Assembly: GCA_017445085.1 (NCBI GenBank)
Contig: JAFSUT010000032.1
Span: forward strand, 1 to 43,135
Length of the DNA stretch: 43,135 nucleotides
Direction of reading: 5' to 3'
Origin: Clostridia bacterium
GTDB taxonomy: Bacteria > Bacillota > Clostridia > Oscillospirales > CAG-272
Shown here: positions 26,436-34,230 of the stretch, piece after piece
How positions within the stretch are numbered: the stretch's first letter is position 1
How the letters are laid out: each line of letters begins with the position of its first letter
The notes under the pieces: generated by a model
Databases searched by the model: none
Told to the model about the DNA's origin: nothing
Seen by the model: only the letters and a program-made list of their open reading frames with translations
Translations under genes and position numbers: made by a program

Positions 26436-27719
26436 TTAATTCTTTTTCAGCGGGAGGGAAACCGTAAAGACCGCCCTGCCGGAAAGATACGCAGCGCGGA
26501 TCTTTCCGCCGTGCGCCTTTGTGACCGCCTGCGCGATGGAAAGTCCGAGCCCGTAGTGCCCGTCCTCACCGCTGCGTGCGGCGTCCGTGCGGTAAAAGCG
26601 GTCAAACAAATGTGAAAGTTGCTCCGCGCCGAGTTCTTCCGCGTCGTTTTCGACCGTCAGCACCGCAAAATGCCGCTGGCGTTTGAGCGAAACCAGGATC
26701 TCCTTGCCGTTGCCGTGCGAGAGCGCGTTGTCAAGGAGGATGGAAACAAGTTGGCACAGGCGGTTTTTGTCGCCCGAAACGTACAGCCCCGCGTCGATAT
26801 CCGACGTGATGGTAACGCCGCGCTCAAACGCCAGCGTCTCAAACGGAAAAACCTCGCCCAGGGTCAGTTTGGAAAAATCCAGCGTCTCTTTCACCGCCGT
26901 GCCGCCCTCGGCGCGCGACAGGGCAAGCAGTTGTCCGACAAGGTCCTGCATCCGCCGGTTTTCGTAGTCGATATTGCCGAGCCACTCGCTGTCCCCCCAC
27001 TCACGCCGCAACAGGTCGCTGTTGGCGGAGATCACGGCGATCGGGGTTTTCAGTTCGTGTCCGGCGTCCGAAACAAAGCGCTTTTGCCGCTTGTCGTTTT
27101 CTTCCAGCGGGCGCACGATCCGACGGGCGATCACCACCGAGATCGCAAACAGGATCACCGTTGACGCCGCCCCGATCCAGATCATTTGCCAAAACAGGCG
27201 GCTTTGATAACGATCGCTGACCGTGCCGTCGATCATGGCGACCAGCGTATAGTCCTCCCGCGCGTCCACAAGATAGGTCATACTGCCGACCTTGCCCTCC
27301 GTTTGCCCCGTCTTCAAGATCCCGGCGGCGGTCTCCGTCAGCGTTTCTTCACTCTGCACGCCGTTGTTGCCGGTCTCGACCGTCAACACTTCCCCGTCCT
27401 TGTCATACGCCACCGCGTAAAAGGTCGACAGCCGAAACGCCGGCTCAAATTTTTCGGGGCGCCCGCGGCGCATATCGCGCAGTTCGTCCTTTTCAGCCGG
27501 AAAAGCCGCAGGCTTTTCGCCCGCCCCGCTCTCCCCGTCGGGCAGCGCGGGGGGCGCATACGGAGAAAACCGCTCGGCAAAAGTATGGAGCATTTCGCGG
27601 TTTTCCCGCGCCGCCGCCGCACGGCTCGAAAGATAGATCGTCGTAAGCGTCACCGTCATCAGCGCAAGGAGAGAAAACACGACCGTAAATACGATCTTTC
27701 TCCGCGTTTGTTCAAACAT
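26436..27719 (-). CDS. Sensor histidine kinase (HisKA + HATPase, two TM helices)
   Basis: H-box FVSDAGHELKTPI, N-box ILLDNA, LFDRFYR, G2 GLGLSIA. Confidence 0.93.
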   Translation of the reverse strand: MFEQTRRKIVFTVVFSLLALMTVTLTTIYLSSRAAAARENREMLHTFAERFSPYAPPALPDGESGAGEKPAAFPAEKDELRDMRRGRPEKFEPAFRLSTFYAVAYDKDGEVLTVETGNNGVQSEETLTETAAGILKTGQTEGKVGSMTYLVDAREDYTLVAMIDGTVSDRYQSRLFWQMIWIGAASTVILFAISVVIARRIVRPLEENDKRQKRFVSDAGHELKTPIAVISANSDLLRREWGDSEWLGNIDYENRRMQDLVGQLLALSRAEGGTAVKETLDFSKLTLGEVFPFETLAFERGVTITSDIDAGLYVSGDKNRLCQLVSILLDNALSHGNGKEILVSLKRQRHFAVLTVENDAEELGAEQLSHLFDRFYRTDAARSGEDGHYGLGLSIAQAVTKAHGGKIRAAYLSGRAVFTVSLPLKKN

Positions 27720-28392
27720 CACCGCACCTCAATTCATACCCTATGCCGCGCAGGGCTTTGATCTCGCATTTGGATTCCACAAACGCAAGTTTCTTTCGCA
27801 CAAACGACATATACACTTCCACGTTGTTATACTCGGCGTCCCCCTCGTAGCCCCAGACTTTCAGCGCGATCTGCTCACGCCCCAGCACCTGTCCCTGATT
27901 TGCGATCAGGTATTCGAGGATGCGGAGTTCCTTTTCGCCGAGGCGCACGCTCTGCCCGTTGTCGCATCGGAGGAGCGCGCCTTTAACGTCCAGCGACAGG
28001 TCGCCAAAGGTCAGGCGCCCGTCGTTTGTCGGCAGTCCGCGCCGCCCGAGCGCGCGCAGGCGCGCAAGCAGTTCCTCGGTCATAAAGGGTTTGGTCAGAT
28101 AATCGTCCGCGCCGCTGTCCAGACCCTCTACCTTGTCGTCAAGTTCGCTCTTTGCCGTGAGCATCAGGATCGGCGAGCGGATGCCGCTCGCCCGTGCACG
28201 GTGCGCAACCGAAAAGCCGTCAAGCCCCGGCATCATCACGTCCAGTACCGCGAGATCATAAATGCCGCTTTCCAATTCAATGAGGGCGTCGTTGCCGTTG
28301 TCCACCGCCGTCACCTCGTACCCCTCGCGCCGCAGGATCTCACAAAGCGCCCGATTCATCCGTTTTTCGTCTTCCGCAAGCAGTATCTTCAT
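27712..28392 (-). CDS. OmpR/PhoB-family response regulator
   Basis: MKILLAEDE, LDVMMPGLDG, GADDYLTKPF, winged-helix VWG...NNVEVYMSFVRKKL...RGIGY; GGAGG RBS before the ATG at 28392. Confidence 0.94.
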   Translation of the reverse strand: MKILLAEDEKRMNRALCEILRREGYEVTAVDNGNDALIELESGIYDLAVLDVMMPGLDGFSVAHRARASGIRSPILMLTAKSELDDKVEGLDSGADDYLTKPFMTEELLARLRALGRRGLPTNDGRLTFGDLSLDVKGALLRCDNGQSVRLGEKELRILEYLIANQGQVLGREQIALKVWGYEGDAEYNNVEVYMSFVRKKLAFVESKCEIKALRGIGYELRCGDV

Positions 28393-28420
28393 CCCGTCGC
28401 CTCCCTGCCCGTTTTTTCTT

Positions 28421-28453
28421 ATGGTATTCCGCAAATATTGAATCAAGATTGAA
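28421..28453 (-). promoter_or_regulatory. Tandem TTCAAT-N5-TTCAAT box with -10 TACCAT (site 3, possible autoregulation)
   Basis: Plus strand ATTGAA at 28437-28442 and 28448-28453; -10 at 28421-28426, 10 nt away. Confidence 0.7.
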
Positions 28454-28578
28454 CGCGCCGAAAAATCTCCGCTTTGTGCGGCAGGCGCTTTTTTTCAGTG
28501 TATCACAAATCGGGCGCAAACGCAAATATTTTGCAAAAAGACGGCGTGCACACTGCATTTTTTGTGAATTTTAAAACC

Positions 28579-28607
28579 TTGACAAATTCGATGCACGGTA
28601 GTATAGT
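28579..28607 (+). promoter_or_regulatory. sigma-A promoter for ugd
   Basis: TTGACA-N17-TATAGT. Confidence 0.75.
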
Positions 28608-28653
28608 AATATGCAATGAAAAAATAGAAAAACCGTAAGACGGAGGATCTATC

Positions 28654-29844
28654 ATGCAAACCAAAATCGCCGTTGCCGGCACGGGCTACGTCGGCCTCTC
28701 CATCGCCGCGCTGCTCGGGCAAAAATATCCTGTGTGCGCCATCGACATCATCAAGGAAAAAGTCGACCTCATCAACAGCGGCGTCTCGCCGATCCGCGAT
28801 GAGTATATCGAAAAATTCCTCGCTGAAAAGCGCACGAGCATCCACGCCACGCTCGACCCCAAAGAGGCGTATACGGGCGCGGATTTTATCGTCGTTGCCG
28901 CACCGACGAACTACGACCCGCAAAAGAACTATTTTGATACGAGCGCGGTGGAAAATGTCATCGAGACCGCACGCACCTACAACAAGGACGCATTTATCGT
29001 CATCAAATCCACCATCCCCGTCGGTTATACGAGATCCGTGCGCGAAAAGTTCGGCGACGACAAGATCTTGTTCAGCCCCGAGTTCCTCCGTGAGTCGAAA
29101 GCACTGTACGACAATCTCTATCCCTCCCGCATCATCGTGGGCACCGATATGGAAAACCCCGCGCTGGTCGATGCGGCAAACCGCTTTGCCGATATGATGG
29201 ATTCCTGCACCGCGGAGCAGAACAGCAAAAAACTCCTGATGAACTTTACCGAGGCGGAGGCGGTCAAACTCTTTGCCAACACCTACCTCGCCCTGCGCGT
29301 ATCCTTTTTCAACGAGTTGGACAGTTACGCCGAGGCTAAAGGGCTGGATACCAAGCAGATCATCGAGGGCGTCTGCCTTGACCCGCGCATCGGCAACTTC
29401 TACAACAACCCCTCGTTCGGCTACGGCGGCTACTGCCTGCCGAAGGACACAAAGCAACTGCTTGCCAACTACGACAATGTGCCCAACAATATCATCGGCG
29501 CCATCGTGGACGCCAACCGCACGAGAAAAGATTTCATCGCGGACAGAATTATTGAAAAAAAGCCGAAGATCGTCGGCGTTTACCGCATCACGATGAAAAC
29601 CAACTCGGACAACTTCCGCGCCTCCTCGGTGCAGGGCGTAATGAAGCGCATCAAGGCAAAGGGCATCGAAGTGGTCGTCTACGAGCCCTCGCTGAAAGAC
29701 GATCTCTTTTTCAACTCGCGCGTCATCCGCGACATCGACGAGTTCAAAAAAATGTCCGACGTTATCATTGCCAACCGTTTCTCCCCCGATATCGAGGATG
29801 TGCTGGACAAGGTTTACACGCGCGATTTGTATTTCAGAGATTAA
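28654..29844 (+). CDS. ugd: UDP-glucose 6-dehydrogenase
   Basis: [52 protein letters not shown]. Confidence 0.95.
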   Translation: MQTKIAVAGTGYVGLSIAALLGQKYPVCAIDIIKEKVDLINSGVSPIRDEYIEKFLAEKRTSIHATLDPKEAYTGADFIVVAAPTNYDPQKNYFDTSAVENVIETARTYNKDAFIVIKSTIPVGYTRSVREKFGDDKILFSPEFLRESKALYDNLYPSRIIVGTDMENPALVDAANRFADMMDSCTAEQNSKKLLMNFTEAEAVKLFANTYLALRVSFFNELDSYAEAKGLDTKQIIEGVCLDPRIGNFYNNPSFGYGGYCLPKDTKQLLANYDNVPNNIIGAIVDANRTRKDFIADRIIEKKPKIVGVYRITMKTNSDNFRASSVQGVMKRIKAKGIEVVVYEPSLKDDLFFNSRVIRDIDEFKKMSDVIIANRFSPDIEDVLDKVYTRDLYFRD

Positions 29845-29875
29845 CGCTCAAAAAGGGCGAAAATGAGGTAAAATT

Positions 29876-30853
29876 ATGAAGATTTTGGTCACCGGCGGTG
29901 CGGGCTTTATCGGCTTTCACCTCTCCAAGCGCCTCCTGGACGATGGGCATACCGTCGTCGGCTTTGACAACTTGAACGACTACTACGACGTCGGGCTCAA
30001 ATATGCGCGGCTGGACGTCTTAAAACCCTACGAAAACTACACCTTTATCAAAGGCGACCTCGCGGATAAAGGCGCCGTGTTTGCGCTGTTTGAAAATGGC
30101 GCGCCGGACGTTGTCGTCAATCTCGGTGCGCAGGCGGGCGTGCGCTACTCGATCACCAACCCCGACGTGTATATCGAATCCAACATCATCGGATTTTTCA
30201 ACATTTTGGAGGCCTGCCGCCGCTACCCCGTAAAGCATCTCCTGTTTGCTTCCTCCTCCTCGGTGTACGGCAACCAAGAGAAAACGCCGTTTTCCACCGA
30301 CGACAACGTTGACCACCCCATCAGCCTTTACGCCGCAACCAAAAAGAGCAATGAACTGATGGCGTTTACCTACAGCCACCTTTACAAGATCCCCGCCACA
30401 GGTCTCCGCTTTTTCACGGTCTACGGTCCCTTCGGCAGACCGGATATGGCGTACTTCGGATTTACCAACAAGATCATGGCGGGCGAGCCGATCAAAATTT
30501 TCAACAACGGCGATATGTACCGCGATTTTACCTATGTGGACGACATCGTAGAGGGGATTTGCAATATGCTGAACTGTCCGCCGGCGGCGGATGCCAACGG
30601 CGACCGCTACAAGGTCTACAACATCGGCAACAACAAGCCGGAAAAACTGATGTACTTTATCGAAACGCTGGAAAAAGCCATTGGCAAGACCGCAAAGAAA
30701 GAGTTTTTGCCCATGCAGGCGGGCGACGTGTACCAGACCTATGCCGACGTCTCCGACCTTATGCGTGATTTCGGTTTCAAGCCCGCGACCTCCATCGAAG
30801 AGGGGCTTGCCCGCTTTGCGGCGTGGTATAAAGAATACTACCATATCACCTGA
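29876..30853 (+). CDS. NAD-dependent epimerase, UDP-glucuronate 4-epimerase type
   Basis: TGGAGFIG, AQAGVRYS, ASSSSVYG, YAATKK, LRFFTVYGPFGRPDMA, RDFTY. Confidence 0.9.
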   Translation: MKILVTGGAGFIGFHLSKRLLDDGHTVVGFDNLNDYYDVGLKYARLDVLKPYENYTFIKGDLADKGAVFALFENGAPDVVVNLGAQAGVRYSITNPDVYIESNIIGFFNILEACRRYPVKHLLFASSSSVYGNQEKTPFSTDDNVDHPISLYAATKKSNELMAFTYSHLYKIPATGLRFFTVYGPFGRPDMAYFGFTNKIMAGEPIKIFNNGDMYRDFTYVDDIVEGICNMLNCPPAADANGDRYKVYNIGNNKPEKLMYFIETLEKAIGKTAKKEFLPMQAGDVYQTYADVSDLMRDFGFKPATSIEEGLARFAAWYKEYYHIT

Positions 30854-30949
30854 CGCACAGAGAAGAGCCGCGCCGCAAAGCAGGCGCGGGCAAGGATGCT
30901 TCCCATGCGAAAACTTGTAAAAAAATCTCGGATTTTTTTGATTTTTCTC

Positions 30950-30978
30950 TTGACGCGCCGTATTTTTTGTGCTACACT
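30950..30978 (+). promoter_or_regulatory. sigma-A promoter of the aro operon leader
   Basis: TTGACG-N17-TACACT with extended -10 TG. Confidence 0.75.
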
Positions 30979-31010
30979 GATTCCATTCTGAAAAGAAAGG
31001 TCAAAGAGCC

Positions 31011-31121
31011 GTGCAGAACATTCGTTTGAACAGCGTATTTGCATATTATTATTTTAGCTTTATCTATACAACGGATAAGGCTTGTTTTGCTGTTCAAAAA
31101 TCCGCAGTCGGCGCAAATTGA
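31011..31121 (+). CDS. Tyr/Phe-rich attenuator leader peptide (36 aa, MQNIRLNSVFAYYYFSFIYTTDKACFAVQKSAVGAN)
   Basis: GTG start with GAAAGG upstream; 7 of 10 consecutive codons are Tyr or Phe; lies between the promoter and the terminator of the aro operon. Confidence 0.8.
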   Translation: MQNIRLNSVFAYYYFSFIYTTDKACFAVQKSAVGAN

Positions 31122-31146
31122 CCGCTCTCGGATCGTTTGAAACCGT

Positions 31147-31188
31147 ACAGGGTTTGCAGCAAACAAGTTGCAAACCCTGTTTTTATTT
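31147..31188 (+). terminator. Attenuator terminator of the aro operon leader
   Basis: 14-bp stem ACAGGGTTTGCAGC/GTTGCAAACCCTGT followed by TTTTATTT, about 40 nt before aroF. Confidence 0.85.
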
Positions 31189-31227
31189 GTCAACAAAACT
31201 ATAATATAAATAAAAGGAGAAAAAACA

Positions 31228-32238
31228 ATGATCGTCATCTTAAAGCAAAATGCAGACAAAGCGCAGATCTCACAACTTGAGTCCTGGATCCGCAGCATGG
31301 GGCTGGATATCCACAAGTCGCAAGGGCAAAACTCCACCATCCTCGGGCTGGTCGGCGACACCTCCAAGGTGGACATCGACCTTGTCGGCGCCCTCGACAT
31401 CGTGGAAAACGTCAAACGCATCCAGGAGCCGTACAAAAACGCCAACCGCAAGTTCCATCCGCTGGACACCGTGGTGGATATCGGCGGCGTCAAGATCGGC
31501 GGCGGGCATTTTGCCGTCATCGCCGGTCCCTGCTCGGTGGAATCCGAGGCGCAGATCTGTGAGGTCGCGGCGGCGGTCAAGGCAAGCGGCGCGCTTCTCC
31601 TGCGCGGCGGCGCGTTCAAGCCCCGCACCTCCCCCTACTCTTTCCAGGGGATGCGCGGCGAGGGCATCAAACTGCTCTCCGAGGCCAAGGCAAAAACCGG
31701 ACTGCCGATCGTCACCGAGATCATGGACATCTCGCAGCTGCCGCTGTTTGAAAACGTGGATATGATCCAGGTCGGCGCACGCAATATGCAAAACTTTGAG
31801 CTTTTGAAAGAACTCGGACACGTCGATAAGCCGATCCTCCTCAAACGCGGTCTTGCCAGCACGATCGAGGAACTGCTGATGAGCGCGGAGTACATCATGG
31901 CGGGCGGCAACGAAAACGTCATCCTCTGTGAGCGCGGCATCCGCACCTTTGAGACGGCGACCACGCGCAACACGCTGGATCTGTGCGCCATCCCCGTCCT
32001 CAAAGAGCGCACGCATCTGCCCGTGATCATCGACCCGAGCCACGCCACCGGCGTTGCACGCCTGGTCAAGCCGATGTGCATTGCCGCCACCGCGGCAGGG
32101 GCGGACGGTTTGATCGTCGAGGTACACAACGACCCCGCGCACGCGCTGTGTGACGGCAAGCAGTCGCTGACGCCCGAAGCATTTGACGACGTGATGAAAT
32201 GCGTGGAGGCGATCCGCCCCTACGCTTACAAGGGATAA
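31228..32238 (+). CDS. aroF: 3-deoxy-7-phosphoheptulonate (DAHP) synthase, class I-beta with N-terminal regulatory domain
   Basis: IAGPCSVESE, GGAFKPRTSPYSFQG, GARNMQNFELL, LKRG, CERGIRTFE, DPSHATG. Confidence 0.95.
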   Translation: MIVILKQNADKAQISQLESWIRSMGLDIHKSQGQNSTILGLVGDTSKVDIDLVGALDIVENVKRIQEPYKNANRKFHPLDTVVDIGGVKIGGGHFAVIAGPCSVESEAQICEVAAAVKASGALLLRGGAFKPRTSPYSFQGMRGEGIKLLSEAKAKTGLPIVTEIMDISQLPLFENVDMIQVGARNMQNFELLKELGHVDKPILLKRGLASTIEELLMSAEYIMAGGNENVILCERGIRTFETATTRNTLDLCAIPVLKERTHLPVIIDPSHATGVARLVKPMCIAATAAGADGLIVEVHNDPAHALCDGKQSLTPEAFDDVMKCVEAIRPYAYKG

Positions 32239-32242
32239 GCCC

Positions 32243-32271
32243 TTGTCTCCCGAACGAAAATACGCTATAAT
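32243..32271 (+). promoter_or_regulatory. Possible internal promoter between aroF and tyrA
   Basis: TTGTCT-N17-TATAAT in the short intergenic spacer. Confidence 0.55.
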
Positions 32272-32289
32272 GGAGTGAAACGGTTTCCT

Positions 32290-33126
32290 ATGAACATCTG
32301 TATCTGCGGACTCGGACTCATCGGCGGCTCGCTGGCAAAAGCCGTCAAAGCAAAGACGGCGCATACCGTCTACGGCGTAGACCGTGACGCCGCCGTGGCG
32401 GCGACGGCGCTGTCCGACGGTGCGATCGACAAGATCGCGAAAAGAAACGACCTTGCCGACTGTGAGCTTATTATCCTCGCCCTCTATCCGAGAGCCGCCG
32501 TCGAATTTGTCCGCGACCACCTAGCAGACTTTCGCCCGGACGCGATCCTGCTTGACACCTGCGGCATCAAGCGGGAGGTCATGGACGGCATCCGGCGCGC
32601 GACGGCGGGGACCTCTCTCCGCTTTATCGGCGGTCACCCCATGGCAGGCATCGAAAAGAGCGGATTTTCCGCCGCGTTTGCCACCCTGTTTGAAGGGGCG
32701 TCCATGATCCTCTGCACCGAAGCCTGCCGGGACGAGCGCGCTGTCAAAACGGTCGGCGACCTGTGCCGCGCCCTCGGCTTTGCGCGCATCACCATCTCCA
32801 CCGCCGAGCATCACGACAAGGTCATCGCCTTTACCTCGCAGCTTGCGCACGTCGTTTCCGCCGCCTACATCGCGGGGCAATACGCCACAAAGCACGCGGG
32901 ATTTTCCGCCGGCTCGTTTCGGGATATGACGCGCGTAGCGCGCCTGAACCCCGAGATGTGGACCGAACTCTTTTTTGAAAACCGCGAAAACCTCTCGGAC
33001 GTCATCGGCGAACTCATCGAAAATCTCGGCAAGTTCAAAACCGCGCTGGACAGCGGCGACGCCGCCGGGATGCACACGCTGCTGAAAGAAAGCAACGAGC
33101 GAAAGATCCGCTCCGAAAATCTGTGA
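32290..33126 (+). CDS. tyrA: Prephenate dehydrogenase
   Basis: ICGLGLIGGSLAKA, DTCGIK, GGHPMAGIE, HDKVIAFTSQLAH, GSFRDMTRVA. An alternative GTG start lies at 32275. Confidence 0.92.
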   Translation: MNICICGLGLIGGSLAKAVKAKTAHTVYGVDRDAAVAATALSDGAIDKIAKRNDLADCELIILALYPRAAVEFVRDHLADFRPDAILLDTCGIKREVMDGIRRATAGTSLRFIGGHPMAGIEKSGFSAAFATLFEGASMILCTEACRDERAVKTVGDLCRALGFARITISTAEHHDKVIAFTSQLAHVVSAAYIAGQYATKHAGFSAGSFRDMTRVARLNPEMWTELFFENRENLSDVIGELIENLGKFKTALDSGDAAGMHTLLKESNERKIRSENL

Positions 33127-33158
33127 TCCGCTTTGCAAAAAAAGGATAGAATGATCTT

Positions 33159-34208
33159 ATGAAAAAAATTACCGTAAACACAAGCCGCGTCTACGAGGTT
33201 TTCATCGGCGGCCGACTCCTCTCGCACGCAGGAGAACTTCTTGCGGCGGCCGTGCCCGTGCAAAAAGCCCTCGTCGTCTCGGACGATATCGTATATCCGC
33301 TCTACGGAAAAAAGCTGGAGAGTTCGCTCTCCGCGGCCGGATTTTCCTGCCGCAACTTTGTTTTTCCAAACGGGGAGGCGCACAAACGGCTCTCTGTCAT
33401 TGAGGAGATCCTTGAGTATCTTGCAAAAGAGCATTTCTGCCGCAGCGACGTCGTCGTCGCGCTCGGCGGCGGCGTCTGCGGCGACATGGCGGGCTTTGCG
33501 GCGGCGATCTTTTGCCGCGGCATCCGCTATATCCAGGTGCCGACCACCCTGCTTGCGGCGGTGGACTCCTCGGTCGGCGGCAAAACCGCCGTGGATCTCT
33601 CCTGCGGGAAAAATCTGTGCGGCGCGTTCCATCAGCCCGCCCTCGTGCTGTGCGACACCGACACGCTGTCCACCCTCGCACCGCAAAATACGGCGGACGG
33701 ACTTGCCGAAATGCTCAAATACGGCGTCATCTGCGACGCCGACCTCTTTGAAAAGGTCAAAAACTACAAAAACGAAGATATGGAAGCCCTCATCGCCCGT
33801 TGTGTGGAGATCAAGCGCGACGTCGTCGCCGAGGATGAATTTGACCGTGGCACGCGGCAGCTTCTCAACCTCGGACACACGGTCGGTCACGCTATCGAAG
33901 CGGCGTCCGGCTTTAAGATCACGCACGGGCAGGGCGTCGCCGCCGGTATGGCGATCGTCGCACGGGGGGCGGAGGCGCTCGGGCTATGTACGCCGGGCAC
34001 GGCAAAACAGATCGAGGACGCGCTCGACGCGTGCGGTCTGCCGCAAAACTGCGACTTTGACGCGGATACGCTGGCGACCCTGACGCTCTCTGACAAGAAA
34101 GCCGACGGCGACTTTATCCATCTGATCATCCCGCGGCGCATCGGCAAGTGTGAGATCGTCCGCACAAAGCAGGACGACGTACGGCGGCTGATCGCCCGCG
34201 GTCTGTAA
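33159..34208 (+). CDS. aroB: 3-dehydroquinate synthase
   Basis: GEAHK, ALGGGVCGDMAGF, PTTLLAAVDSSVGGKT, LNLGHTVGHAIE, HGQGVA. Confidence 0.95.
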   Translation: MKKITVNTSRVYEVFIGGRLLSHAGELLAAAVPVQKALVVSDDIVYPLYGKKLESSLSAAGFSCRNFVFPNGEAHKRLSVIEEILEYLAKEHFCRSDVVVALGGGVCGDMAGFAAAIFCRGIRYIQVPTTLLAAVDSSVGGKTAVDLSCGKNLCGAFHQPALVLCDTDTLSTLAPQNTADGLAEMLKYGVICDADLFEKVKNYKNEDMEALIARCVEIKRDVVAEDEFDRGTRQLLNLGHTVGHAIEAASGFKITHGQGVAAGMAIVARGAEALGLCTPGTAKQIEDALDACGLPQNCDFDADTLATLTLSDKKADGDFIHLIIPRRIGKCEIVRTKQDDVRRLIARGL

Positions 34209-34230
34209 AACGGCGCTTTTGGGGGCAAAA

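Noticed and set aside
30919-30937. 8-bp inverted repeat AAAAAATC/GATTTTTT upstream of the aro promoter as an operator
   Set aside because: It is low-complexity A/T sequence seen only once; an UP element or chance is an equally good explanation.
30985-31188. T-box riboswitch upstream of aroF
   Set aside because: No T-box sequence (GGTGGNACC) or recognisable stem I motifs; the leader-peptide model explains the region better.
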